Below are positions 8,625 to 17,210 of a stretch of DNA of 20,000 nucleotides, in pieces. The notes beneath the pieces are model-generated. The model was not told the DNA's origin, did not search any database, and saw only the letters and a list, made by a program, of their open reading frames with translations. Both the position numbers and the translations under genes were made by a program. This DNA is from an uncultured virus (IMG/VR IMGVR_UViG_3300011871_000032). Its lineage: Duplodnaviria > Heunggongvirae > Uroviricota > Caudoviricetes. Where the stretch lies: the IMG/VR virus record IMGVR_UViG_3300011871_000032; one strand, written 5' to 3'. Position 1 is the first letter of the stretch. Each line of letters starts with the position of its first letter.

Positions 8625-9320
8625 TTAGATAAAACCTAAGAACATCGGATGATCGATTAAAGCTTGAATTTTCGGTTTTAAATCTTCCATTTCCATCATA
8701 TAGTCATCAGATGAGTTTATATAAAAACCCTTTGCTTTTGACACTGGCAAATGTTTACCATGAGGTTTCGTGAAAATATCCATGAAATTATTTTCATCCA
8801 TTTCTTTTTCCAGCAAGCTCATTTTCTTTTTGAGTTCTTCTTTTTCACTTTCTGGAGTAAAAGATGAATACAGTTCATCCATCACGTTATCATATTGTTC
8901 TTCAAGTTCAGCAAAACGGTTCTCATAATAGTTTTGAGAGTCAATCACTCCGCCGCTCATAACAAACTCTTCTTTTTCACGTTTATGATTAAATCCGCTT
9001 TTAATGCTAAATCCCCAGCAATATGGTTTTACTTTAAATTGGGTTTGAAGTTCTTTACGGTCAAAAGCAAAAATAACAAAACCGAAGTTTTTAGAAACAG
9101 ACAGATCACGACTCATAGACCAACCATACATCCATTTAGAGTCATTATAGATAGGATCGTTGTCTTTACGACGAATACCATCAGTCCAGAAACGTTGTGT
9201 TGTGTGAGCTTCAAAAAAACCACGATTTAAAATATCCATTACTTTAAAGATGCTAACACCATGCCAAAGCACACCTTGGCTTTTGATATCTAACATTTCA
9301 GCATTCGTGATTTTTTTCAT
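8625..9320 (-). CDS. Putative ADP-ribosyltransferase-fold protein
   Basis: LWHG (beta1 His), WSMSRD (S-x-S motif) and EKEEFV (E-x-E) occur in the order typical of ART domains, followed by a coiled-coil C-terminal part. Confidence 0.55.
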   Translation of the reverse strand: MKKITNAEMLDIKSQGVLWHGVSIFKVMDILNRGFFEAHTTQRFWTDGIRRKDNDPIYNDSKWMYGWSMSRDLSVSKNFGFVIFAFDRKELQTQFKVKPYCWGFSIKSGFNHKREKEEFVMSGGVIDSQNYYENRFAELEEQYDNVMDELYSSFTPESEKEELKKKMSLLEKEMDENNFMDIFTKPHGKHLPVSKAKGFYINSSDDYMMEMEDLKPKIQALIDHPMFLGFI

Positions 9321-9376
9321 TTTCTTTCACTCTATGATTTTTCTATGTTGTCATTATACACAGAGTTTAAGGCAAC

Positions 9377-9405
9377 AAAAAAGAGGCCGAAGCCTCTTCT
9401 TTTTT
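9377..9405 (-). terminator. Intrinsic terminator, c(UUCG)g loop
   Basis: AAGAGGC-TTCG-GCCTCTT-TTTT. Confidence 0.8.
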
Positions 9406-10117
9406 ATAGATAACTTAAATCTTTAGGTTTAATTTTCACATTATAACCCATAGATTTTAAGAATTTAGTATCAAAATCAATTACTTTATCACGCATGGAA
9501 CCTTCTGTAGCTACATCATCCATTTTATTACTGGTAGTAGCTACAGCAATAAAAGAGTTATAATGCATTTCAACAAAAACCATCTGATCAGCATTGATAG
9601 TTCCGATTAAAATAATAGGTGCATTATCAATCTCATCGTAATGGTTGCGTAAAACAGACTTGCCATTTTCTAACATTTCCATCTCTTGAATAGCATCATA
9701 CATTTGTTTAAACGCATCTTGAGGAATACTTCCCGTTTCATCAGTTAAGTAGCCAAATAGAGATACTTTTTCACCTTCTGTTTTTTCTTTTGAAGATTCT
9801 TTCTTTTCTTTTTCAATTTTAGAATAACGCTCTACTTGATAAGCTTTCAGCAGATTATCTACCACCTTTTCATTTGAATTCAATGATTCATAGATTTTGA
9901 GATCACCCGGCATAGTTGCCATCAAACTGTTGTTTACTACTACGCTAATCTCATCATTAGCATGATGATATTTGGATACAATAATACCATGAGTTGCTTG
10001 GAAAGCTTTTGGAACAAGCTCACTAGTGTTCAAACCAAGATAGTTAACCATAGAAAACTCTGGCAGAGTTTCACGTTTAACATCATGACGAATAGCAATG
10101 ACAACTTGGTTTCCCAT
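9404..10117 (-). CDS. Hypothetical protein (237 aa)
   Basis: The ORF-track start lies in the -35 box; the better start is ATG 10117 (MGNQVV) with RBS AAGGA. Confidence 0.75.
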   Translation of the reverse strand: MGNQVVIAIRHDVKRETLPEFSMVNYLGLNTSELVPKAFQATHGIIVSKYHHANDEISVVVNNSLMATMPGDLKIYESLNSNEKVVDNLLKAYQVERYSKIEKEKKESSKEKTEGEKVSLFGYLTDETGSIPQDAFKQMYDAIQEMEMLENGKSVLRNHYDEIDNAPIILIGTINADQMVFVEMHYNSFIAVATTSNKMDDVATEGSMRDKVIDFDTKFLKSMGYNVKIKPKDLSYL

Positions 10118-10147
10118 TTCTTTTTCCTTACTCGTTAATTTAGGTTT

Positions 10148-10204
10148 ATTATAGCTTTTTTTCTCGTTATGCACAATAAAAAAGAGGCCGCAGCCTCTTC
10201 TTTT
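10148..10204 (-). promoter_or_regulatory. Terminator (c(UGCG)g) fused to a sigma70 promoter
   Basis: GAGGC-TGCG-GCCTC-TTTTTT, -35 TTGTGC (10176-10171), 17 bp, -10 TATAAT (10153-10148). Confidence 0.75.
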
Positions 10205-10222
10205 CTTAATTTTTATACTACT

Positions 10223-10498
10223 CTATACCAGAAACTCTACAGTGAAAATCCGGGCGCTCTTGCTCAACTGGTTTTTCTCCTGTAGTTCTCTCATAATACG
10301 AAGAGCTTCATGTTTATCAGAAAACATTGCTACATGAATATCTTCAAGCATTCCATGATTACCACTTTTAAACTGCTCGTAATGCTCTTTCAACGTTTTA
10401 CACGCGATTTTACCACCATCAGTCACTTCCTGAATAAAGGAAGGATTCCACGCATCGCGGCATAAAACACCTTCTTCCGAACGAATCATAGCTGTCAT
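10223..10498 (-). CDS. Hypothetical protein (~91 aa)
   Basis: Preferred start ATG 10498 (MTAMI) with RBS GGAG. Confidence 0.65.
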   Translation of the reverse strand: MTAMIRSEEGVLCRDAWNPSFIQEVTDGGKIACKTLKEHYEQFKSGNHGMLEDIHVAMFSDKHEALRIMRELQEKNQLSKSARIFTVEFLV

Positions 10499-10614
10499 TT
10501 TTACTTCTCCCACCCGTTTAATCTAAGTAAATAATAGCATATTTACTAGACGACTCTCAAGCTATTTTCCTCATTATCAGTTTTTTTAAAGCATGTCTCA
10601 AACAAATAAAAATA

Positions 10615-10683
10615 CTAATATACTTCCGCAAAGTGCTTAGCGGTTATCTCTTCGGCATGACTTACTGCGTATTCTTTATCATA
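10615..10683 (-). pseudogene. Probable 3' remnant of a gene interrupted by the IS607-type element; it also supplies the putative guide
   Basis: Immediately after the element end it reads YDKEYAVSHAEEITAKHFAEVY* with no start of its own. Confidence 0.4.
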
Positions 10684-10910
10684 CCGTTTATTTTAAACTG
10701 TACAAATCTGATTACATGAATAAAAACGTAACTACCGAAGGTGGTTACATAAAAACATCATATAATTATTTAGTTTAAAATACTTATTTTAAGCTCTCAT
10801 TTCCAGACGCATGGCGACTGGAAATAAACAGCTCTTGGCATAACGGAATACCAGTACTGCCCAGTATCAGAAATGATATCTTACTTAATACAGGCTCTGT
10901 ATTAAGGTCT
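10684..10910 (-). ncRNA. Putative TnpB omegaRNA scaffold, copy 1 (5' boundary approximate)
   Basis: Overlaps the tnpB 3' end. Hairpins at 10884-10906 (10-bp stem), ~10799-10825 and 10728-10748 are also present in copy 2, plus a conserved terminal block of about 30 nt. Confidence 0.6.
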
Positions 10911-12547
10911 ATGCTCTCACCTCTTTTTGATACTGTTTTATGCAGGTGTTTTAACTTGGACCAGCCGGAGGCCGCTCCTGCGTCGAATATCATCTTTCTT
11001 AGTGATATCCTCTCTGCCGTTATTACACCTGTTTTATCTTTTTTAACTTTCAATATAGAGGACGGGATTTTCTCACGATATCCCTGTCCTCTACGGGCTA
11101 TCACATATGCCGCTGGCATATGCTCATTATTCTTCGTCGTTATTTTCGTCCTGTATTTCAGGTTTCCAAGGAAACTTGTATATGCCGGGTTTACTGTTAA
11201 CAAATTAACTCCAAGCTTCCAGCATTGCCCGATAAAATACTCCCTTATTTTTCCATACGCAAACGCACTCAGCATACGGGCATAGTTTTTATTGTAATTA
11301 TCTTTTAATGCTTTTTTCTTTTTCGTAAAATCCAATTCTTCTATTACGATACTTTTACCACGGCTCAAGGCATAGTCCACTATGCCTTTCGTCGCCTGAC
11401 TTAATACTGTTTTACGCTGTTTCGTTGACTTGTCTTTCAGATCCAACGTTATCGACCAGCCACGCAAATAGTTTCCTTTTTCATCTGTTTCCGCTACGTC
11501 CAAGTGGTCTGGATTGATATCAACCCCTATCAGGCCATAGCGTTCTACAGTCTTTATCTCTGGCTTTATATCATGACTTGTCTGTAAACCTATACCGATA
11601 TCAAAATTACCTTTGCTGTTTCTCATTAATCTGATTGAAAGCGAAGATGTAGGAGAAACTAACGTTCTCCCTTCTGCCTTAGCTGCTTCCTTCTGAGCTT
11701 TCGTGTATTTAACTTTCCCTTCACGGTGAAACAGGATGTGATTACGTAGTTCCTCTTCATAATAGGAAACAGTAATGGGAACAGAGAGTTTAGAAAAACT
11801 GAATTGTTTTTTTAATGCCACAGGAACAGTTATATTTAATGTGAATTCGTTATTTTTATTAATATTTATATTAGCATTGGAGTTACCCAAGTTTTCATCG
11901 GTAGACCCTACGAATAACATATGCCCGTAGCGTAAAGCGTTCCATTGCTTTCTCCATGAACTTAGTTTTACTTTATCATTAGGATGGATACGGTTTCGTT
12001 TACTTAGCAGGTCTGCAGAACCATAGCATATTTTAAAATCACTATTGGCTATATCATATTGTAGCTTTTGTTCACGACAGCGTAAGCGTTCAAGCTGGTT
12101 AAGAAAAACCGTTTTCTTTTTTACTGCTTCGGATAAGCGGGTGCGATTCGCCGCATAGCTACGCATAACGGGTGTCATACTATTAATCAGTTTTATCGTA
12201 TTAACCTGTTTCTGTAGCTTATTTTCAACGGATTTTATCTTATCTTGCACATTATCAAGGTAGTTTTTCTTGTTGGATAATTGTGATTTAATCTGTCCTT
12301 GTACCTGCTGGAATAAACCAGCATTAAATATCCGATAAGGTAAAACATCATTTTTATCACATAATGATTTAACTTCCGCTATTTTAAGCCCGTCAAGTGA
12401 TTTCTTTTTTATCTTGGATGTGGTGATAAACTTAATGTGGTTATAATGATTCAGATACACGTCAAGAAAAGACAGTTCCTCTGCGGTGAAAGCAGATGAT
12501 TTTATCTTTGTATTAATCGTAATAGTGCGTGTATCGGAGTTAGCCAA
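10784..12547 (-). CDS. tnpB: IS607-associated TnpB-like RNA-guided nuclease (587 aa), RuvC-III His variant
   Basis: RuvC-I GVDINPDHL, RuvC-II IVIEELDF, VNPAYTS, then NEHMPAAYVIARRG where canonical TnpB has a CxxC zinc finger and a DxD..AAxNI motif; TTG start with RBS AAGGA. Confidence 0.85.
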   Translation of the reverse strand: MANSDTRTITINTKIKSSAFTAEELSFLDVYLNHYNHIKFITTSKIKKKSLDGLKIAEVKSLCDKNDVLPYRIFNAGLFQQVQGQIKSQLSNKKNYLDNVQDKIKSVENKLQKQVNTIKLINSMTPVMRSYAANRTRLSEAVKKKTVFLNQLERLRCREQKLQYDIANSDFKICYGSADLLSKRNRIHPNDKVKLSSWRKQWNALRYGHMLFVGSTDENLGNSNANININKNNEFTLNITVPVALKKQFSFSKLSVPITVSYYEEELRNHILFHREGKVKYTKAQKEAAKAEGRTLVSPTSSLSIRLMRNSKGNFDIGIGLQTSHDIKPEIKTVERYGLIGVDINPDHLDVAETDEKGNYLRGWSITLDLKDKSTKQRKTVLSQATKGIVDYALSRGKSIVIEELDFTKKKKALKDNYNKNYARMLSAFAYGKIREYFIGQCWKLGVNLLTVNPAYTSFLGNLKYRTKITTKNNEHMPAAYVIARRGQGYREKIPSSILKVKKDKTGVITAERISLRKMIFDAGAASGWSKLKHLHKTVSKRGESIDLNTEPVLSKISFLILGSTGIPLCQELFISSRHASGNESLK

Positions 12548-12601
12548 TATGAGTTTATCCTTTGTTTTATAAAAGAAACATACCTTATATTATGTCTAAA
12601 A

Positions 12602-12800
12602 TCAAATAATTGCTTTTTTATTTGAATGAGAGTGCTTTCCGTATAACTTAGCTAAAAATACAGTTACTATAGTAATTAGATCCTGAACAAGTTGATTTTC
12701 AAAAGAAAGCTCTTCTTTCTGTCGTAAAACAGTTAATTTCACGTTAAAATGAAAACATATACGTTCAAAAAGTGGAAACCCGAAGCATAATAATCGGCAT
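12602..12800 (-). pseudogene. tnpA: C-terminal remnant of IS607 TnpA (serine recombinase)
   Basis: CRLLCFGF (degenerate DRLxRFGF) ... ENQLVQDLITIVTVFLAKLYGKHSHSNKK matches the IS607 TnpA C-terminus (ELVxDLxxIxxxFxxxLYGxRSHKxK). The HTH and catalytic-Ser N-terminal half are absent. Confidence 0.8.
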
Positions 12801-12816
12801 CTAACAAGATACCGAT

Positions 12817-12845
12817 ATACTATCACATCATTATATTAAAGACAA
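12817..12845 (-). promoter_or_regulatory. Native-type sigma70 promoter directly upstream of the tnpA remnant and tnpB
   Basis: -35 TTGTCT, 17 bp, TGn-TAGTAT; same TTGTCTTTAA start as the promoter at 6831. Confidence 0.5.
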
Positions 12846-12853
12846 TAAAATGA

Positions 12854-13318
12854 TTACTTATATTTTCTTTTACTTTCTGCAGAAAGTTGAGGTTTTACAG
12901 CACTTTCAATTTCAACAACATGATCAAAATGTCTATTGAAAGCTACCTCTTCTTTTTCAAACATTTCTCTTGATTCTATGCCATTATTTTTTACTTTTAA
13001 TAAGTATCCTTCTATATCATCAGTTACTGAACCATCCCAAGGATCTCTTCTCAGTATTTTATACATTCCTACTGTATTATTTTCATCAAACTCATTCTTT
13101 TTCATTTCTTCTAATGAAGCTACAGCATTTACAATGTTATCCTGATGAACAATAGGAATGGTATCCCAAAGTTCTACCAAATCCATTTCACCTTTTCCAT
13201 CCTTTACAATATCATTCCATAGATAAAGATAGGTTTCATGTGGTAAGTCATCACTTGTTTCTGCTAAACCATCTGGAGTACATCCTATAAGTAAGTTTTC
13301 TACAACTATATTTTTCAT
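12854..13318 (-). CDS. Hypothetical protein (154 aa, acidic with basic C-terminal tail)
   Basis: RBS AAGGA, own promoter; ends ESKRKYK. Confidence 0.75.
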   Translation of the reverse strand: MKNIVVENLLIGCTPDGLAETSDDLPHETYLYLWNDIVKDGKGEMDLVELWDTIPIVHQDNIVNAVASLEEMKKNEFDENNTVGMYKILRRDPWDGSVTDDIEGYLLKVKNNGIESREMFEKEEVAFNRHFDHVVEIESAVKPQLSAESKRKYK

Positions 13319-13347
13319 AATTTATTCCTTTGTCGATTATATATTCA

Positions 13348-13398
13348 ATTATATCAAGCTTTTTCTTTCGTGCAATAAAAAACCACCCGAAGGTGGTT
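13348..13398 (-). promoter_or_regulatory. Terminator (c(UUCG)g) fused to a sigma70 promoter
   Basis: AACCACC-TTCG-GGTGGTT-TTTT, -35 TTGCAC, 16 bp, TGn-TATAAT. Confidence 0.7.
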
Positions 13399-13440
13399 AA
13401 TTTAATAATATTTTAGTTTTAACTTTGTGTCAAATCAAAT

Positions 13441-14106
13441 TTAAACTTTTGTATTTAACACTTCTAATCTTTTAGCGTTAAGTTGTTTAATTTTATCAGA
13501 ACTTACTTTGATATCAGCAAGCAGTGAGTCTACAGCCTTTTCAGCTTCTGGATAAGCTTCTTTATACTTTTTACTATTTTTATTTGCCCCACTCATTTGC
13601 TTAGCTACAATTTCTTTTACAATACGCTCCATATTAGAAGATAATGATTCTCCATTAGATAGCGTCTTTATCATTGAACAACCAAAATCACTTTTATTCA
13701 GGATATTATAGATAAACGATGCTTCCAGAACATCTTCTACTATTTCTTTTTGAGAGTTAATTTCTTTCACTAACTGCTCTACAACATCTTCTTTTGTCAT
13801 TCCAAATTTAGCGATTTCTTTTTCTTTATGGACAGCGTTAGCTGCTTCAATCTTATCCATACGCTCTTTATCTGCTGCTGCTTTTTTCTCTGCTTTTACA
13901 GCATCAATAAGACCATTATCACCTGTTTTGTTCAGGCAGTCGATACCTACAACAGACACCTTACCATCTGCTGATTTGATAAAGAAACGGTTTTTTAATA
14001 CGGTACCACAATGCTCACAAAAAAATACACCGCTTTCTTGTGGTTTACACAAGCTAAAAGGAGCCTGACCTAAACCCGATAATGTAAAAACGTGTACTTG
14101 TTTCAT
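13441..14106 (-). CDS. Hypothetical protein with N-terminal zinc-binding motif and coiled coil
   Basis: CEHCG...VVGIDC motif of a phage-type zinc ribbon; own promoter (TAGATT-17-TAGAAT, 14166-14138). Confidence 0.7.
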   Translation of the reverse strand: MKQVHVFTLSGLGQAPFSLCKPQESGVFFCEHCGTVLKNRFFIKSADGKVSVVGIDCLNKTGDNGLIDAVKAEKKAAADKERMDKIEAANAVHKEKEIAKFGMTKEDVVEQLVKEINSQKEIVEDVLEASFIYNILNKSDFGCSMIKTLSNGESLSSNMERIVKEIVAKQMSGANKNSKKYKEAYPEAEKAVDSLLADIKVSSDKIKQLNAKRLEVLNTKV

Positions 14107-14168
14107 GTGAGTCTCTCATCGTTTATTTAATGATATGATTCTATCATAATAACAACAAAAAATCTACT

Positions 14169-14200
14169 AAAAAAAAAAAAAACCCCCCCGCAGGTGGCTT
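14169..14200 (-). terminator. Intrinsic terminator, c(UGCG)g loop
   Basis: GCCACC-TGCG-GGGGGT plus a long T run; near copy of the 1316-1336 terminator. Confidence 0.7.
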
Positions 14201-14209
14201 TTATTTTAA

Positions 14210-14440
14210 TCAGTCTTTCTGTTCAAACAGTTTGTAGAAACGATCTACAGTTTTATAGATATACTGGCGAGATACTTCATATTTAGCACTCATATCTTTT
14301 ACATTTTTCTTGTCTACCAGCACTTCTTCCAACAGCTTGTTAGTGCGAATACTCCAACCTTCGATTGCTGGTGATTTTTCTGCCCACTCATCAGCAGTCA
14401 GATGTTTTACATTGTTAGTATCTTTTTTTGGTTTTGCCAT
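14210..14440 (-). CDS. KorA/TrfB/ArdK-like HTH transcriptional regulator
   Basis: HLTADEW...EVLVDKKNVKDMSAKYEVSRQYIYKTVDRFY parallels the KorA N-domain (RLTESQF...GVLVDGKPQATFATSLGLTRGAVSQAVHRVW, recalled from memory); RBS GGAG; downstream of ssb. Confidence 0.7.
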   Translation of the reverse strand: MAKPKKDTNNVKHLTADEWAEKSPAIEGWSIRTNKLLEEVLVDKKNVKDMSAKYEVSRQYIYKTVDRFYKLFEQKD

Positions 14441-14522
14441 AATATTTACTCCACTTCTTTTGATTAAAATTTAAGGTTATTTATTATAGGCCAACATCAT
14501 TGCTGGCCTTAGTAATTTATTA

Positions 14523-15038
14523 TCAGAACGGGATATCGTCGTCAAAGTCCATCGGTGGATTTTGAGTACCAGCAGCTTGAGGCTGACCAGAATATTGTTG
14601 CTGCTGTGGTTGTGATTGTTGCTGACCACCCCAACCGCCGCCTTGTTGTTGATTTTGAGGTTTCTGACGCTGTGGCTGACGGTCAGAATTAGTTTTACCA
14701 CCAATCATATTCATAGTATCACCATTAGATACCTGAACTTCTGTAATGTAAACAGGCTTATCAGAACCTTCCGGTGTCCAATTGCGTGTACGAAGAGAAC
14801 CTTCAATATAGACCTGCGAACCTTTACGCAGATATTCACCAGCAACTTCGGCTTTACGACCCCATACTACAATGTTATGCCATTCAGTATGTTCTTTCTT
14901 CTCACCAGTTGTTTTATCGCGCCATGATTCACTTGTCGCAATACGGAAAGTTGCAACGGCAGTGCCATTAGGGATATAACGGACTTCAGGATCAGCACCA
15001 AGAAAACCAACAAGAATCACCTTATTTACACCAGCCAT
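14523..15038 (-). CDS. ssb: Single-stranded DNA-binding protein
   Basis: [52 protein letters not shown], Gln/Gly-rich linker and the DFDDDIPF tail. Confidence 0.98.
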   Translation of the reverse strand: MAGVNKVILVGFLGADPEVRYIPNGTAVATFRIATSESWRDKTTGEKKEHTEWHNIVVWGRKAEVAGEYLRKGSQVYIEGSLRTRNWTPEGSDKPVYITEVQVSNGDTMNMIGGKTNSDRQPQRQKPQNQQQGGGWGGQQQSQPQQQQYSGQPQAAGTQNPPMDFDDDIPF

Positions 15039-15098
15039 AGTTCACCTCAAAAAGTAGTTTTATGTTTTGTTTCGGCTCTTGCCTCAACCTATGAAGCT

Positions 15099-15127
15099 AT
15101 TCTATATAGTCTTGCTATCAAAGTCAA
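15099..15127 (-). promoter_or_regulatory. Sigma70 promoter of the ssb-HTH operon
   Basis: -35 TTGACT, 17 bp, -10 TAGAAT. Confidence 0.7.
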
Positions 15128-15152
15128 CAGAATATTTTCATTATTTTTAAAT

Positions 15153-15174
15153 AAAAAACCGCCCGAAAGCGGCT
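15153..15174 (-). terminator. Intrinsic terminator, UUCG loop
   Basis: AGCCGCT-TTCG-GGCGGTT-TTTT. Confidence 0.75.
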
Positions 15175-15177
15175 ATC

Positions 15178-15513
15178 TCACTTTAATCCTTCAAAACCAA
15201 CTAATTCAATATGTTCTGGTAAATCTTCTACAGATAAAGAACCATTCAGTAAACCTACAAGGTACTTATTGTGATTTGAAAATGCATCTGATTCATCAAA
15301 ATAACCAGCAGTTTCGGTAAGCCCTTCAAGTTGAGATATAACATCAGATACAGTTTCGTAACGATGCTCAAAATCATCATCATTATTAGCTAAAGGATAA
15401 AAAATGATAGTTAAATCATCTTCTTCCATCAAAATATTATATGATGGACTTTCATTGCTTCCACGAACTACCGTTTTAAGAATAGATAATCTAATCACGT
15501 TAACCTTACTCAT
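15178..15513 (-). CDS. Hypothetical acidic protein (111 aa)
   Basis: RBS GAGGA. Confidence 0.7.
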   Translation of the reverse strand: MSKVNVIRLSILKTVVRGSNESPSYNILMEEDDLTIIFYPLANNDDDFEHRYETVSDVISQLEGLTETAGYFDESDAFSNHNKYLVGLLNGSLSVEDLPEHIELVGFEGLK

Positions 15514-15548
15514 TTACTTATCCTCAAGTTATAATTTCTATAGCTATT

Positions 15549-15641
15549 TTATCCCAAAGCTTCATTTAATGACATTTCACCAGAAGTCATACGCTCGACT
15601 ACACTTTTTTCTAATGGTGCTACATATTCTACTTTTAGCAT
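15549..15641 (-). CDS. Unannotated 30-aa small protein
   Basis: MLKVEYVAPLEKSVVERMTSGEMSLNEALG*; RBS GAGGA 7 nt upstream; promoter TTGTGC-17-TAAAAT at 15702-15674. Confidence 0.6.
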   Translation of the reverse strand: MLKVEYVAPLEKSVVERMTSGEMSLNEALG

Positions 15642-15707
15642 TATTTTATCCTCGTTAAAAGTTTCTTGTTTAGATTTTATCATTAACCTATATGATGCAC
15701 AATATGT

Positions 15708-16187
15708 TTACATATTCAATTTTTGTTTTTTCATATTACTAACAAATTCAATGAGTTTCTTATCGTATTCGAAACTTTTTTGGCTACTTCGAACATCTAA
15801 AGTGCTTTCTAGTTTACGAAGATAAAGCGCTTCGCTGGCGGCAGCGGCTTTTTCAAATGATTTAGAAATAGTTAAAAGTCGTTTAAGCTCAATGATAGGA
15901 TATTCATCATCAGCGATGGATTCAGTTAACCAATTTTCTTCGGAAATATCTGTTCCAATCGCCCACAGACACTTACTTGGATCTACACCTTCTGGAACAT
16001 AACCTTTTTGATAATCATATGTTACATCACTATCATCATCCGATGCTTCCCAAATACCTTCATCTTGATTGTAAATAGGACGAAGTTCAAAGGAGTTAAC
16101 ACTACCATTAGCATCCATTGCTGAATACCACACATCACCACCTATATTCATACATTTCTTGCCAAAAATACTATAATAAATTGCCAT
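15708..16187 (-). CDS. Hypothetical protein (159 aa)
   Basis: Long ORF; the W..AMDANG.V..FE.RP.....GIW pattern is seen in phage hypotheticals. Confidence 0.7.
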   Translation of the reverse strand: MAIYYSIFGKKCMNIGGDVWYSAMDANGSVNSFELRPIYNQDEGIWEASDDDSDVTYDYQKGYVPEGVDPSKCLWAIGTDISEENWLTESIADDEYPIIELKRLLTISKSFEKAAAASEALYLRKLESTLDVRSSQKSFEYDKKLIEFVSNMKKQKLNM

Positions 16188-16251
16188 ATTTTTTCACTTT
16201 TTATTTATATAATTAATAAACCTCATCACGAATGAAAGGTTTGTTTTTTTA

Positions 16252-16542
16252 TTAGGAATAAAACTCAATCCCAATTTTATCAATTTCTAAGTCAAGAAAT
16301 TCATCAGGAAGTAATGACTTTAAAACTTCTACAGCATTATTTCCGTTATCGTCTAAAATTTCAGACTTTAAATTGATTACGCCTGTAAAGTCCCCATCAT
16401 TCATCTTACCATATGTACATCCATGCTCTAAACAGTAATCATAGAATGTAGTACGTAAATCTTCTGGCAACTCACTTCCATCAAAAGAATAGTTAATATC
16501 ATGGCTAATTGGATACACTGAAACAATAGTCTTTTCTGTCAT
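16252..16542 (-). CDS. Hypothetical acidic protein (96 aa)
   Basis: RBS GGAG; followed by a UUCG hairpin at 16218-16242. Confidence 0.7.
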   Translation of the reverse strand: MTEKTIVSVYPISHDINYSFDGSELPEDLRTTFYDYCLEHGCTYGKMNDGDFTGVINLKSEILDDNGNNAVEVLKSLLPDEFLDLEIDKIGIEFYS

Positions 16543-16627
16543 TCATTAATCTCCAAAATAATTTTATAAATATTTCCGCAATACACATATAAATAAAGCC
16601 CTACTCTATGGTAAGGCTTTAATATTC

Positions 16628-16918
16628 TTATTTACTATCAATGATTTTATAAATACGAGCCACTAAATCTTCGTGTGTTTTAAAACCTTCACTATCTACA
16701 CGAGTATCATAACAGCCGCTCCCCCAATCGGAATGAACACGAAGAGGAATCTGACCATCAGCAAGCTGCTTTGCAGCAATATCCATCATTGTGGAATCAG
16801 GACCGTTAAAACGATCTTCCTCATCATCAAACTCAGGATCAAAATCAGCTTTAATCTTCGCATATTTAGCGATAAAAGCTTGGATTTCTTTAGACAACTG
16901 CAGCATTTCACTTTTCAT
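16628..16918 (-). CDS. Hypothetical protein (96 aa)
   Basis: Own promoter TTGATT-17-TATACT (16976-16948); hairpin at 16595-16620 after the stop. Confidence 0.7.
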   Translation of the reverse strand: MKSEMLQLSKEIQAFIAKYAKIKADFDPEFDDEEDRFNGPDSTMMDIAAKQLADGQIPLRVHSDWGSGCYDTRVDSEGFKTHEDLVARIYKIIDSK

Positions 16919-16988
16919 TTCATATTCTCTCTATTTATGATACGACAAGTATAACTACTTCTGTTGTCATAATCAACCTTTTTATTTC

Positions 16989-17198
16989 TTAGAGAACTTT
17001 CTTTTTAAATGACTCATTTACATTGTCGTAAATCCAAAATGTTCCAGATAATTTTTCCTCAAAATCATCTTTTAGAACAACTACATCACCACGAACGATT
17101 TCTTGATTTTCATCAAAAGCAGCATCACGACCAAGTTTACTATCGATATAGCTTTTATTTACAGGATTCTCTAATGTTGAAAGAATAATTAAAGACAT
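16989..17198 (-). CDS. Hypothetical protein (69 aa)
   Basis: RBS GGAG; follows 17211..17429. Confidence 0.65.
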   Translation of the reverse strand: MSLIILSTLENPVNKSYIDSKLGRDAAFDENQEIVRGDVVVLKDDFEEKLSGTFWIYDNVNESFKKKVL

Positions 17199-17210
17199 AA
17201 TAATCTCCGG

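Larger units (their letters stand above)
10684..12800 (-). mobile_element. Degenerate IS607-family element (tnpA remnant + tnpB), copy 1
   Basis: Right end defined by where homology with copy 2 stops (minus strand ...GTACAGTTTAAAATAAACGG; a further TA is also shared). Serine-recombinase C-terminal remnant lies upstream of tnpB. Left end not identifiable. Confidence 0.75.

Noticed and set aside
10911..11285. 124-aa plus-strand ORF, repeated at 18791..19165
   Set aside because: Antisense shadow of tnpB; its conservation is explained by the similarity of the two tnpB copies.
12602..12826. 74-aa ORF as an intact gene
   Set aside because: Its GTG start lies within the predicted promoter and the product is a degenerate TnpA C-terminus lacking the catalytic region.
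10684..12850. IStron (group I intron fused to IS607)
   Set aside because: No room or recognisable group I core upstream of tnpA in copy 1; cannot be assessed for copy 2, whose left part is outside the window.
14169..14189. A14/C7 homopolymers as a phase-variation switch
   Set aside because: They are the U tract and stem of a terminator nearly identical to 1316-1336; may include a homopolymer sequencing error.
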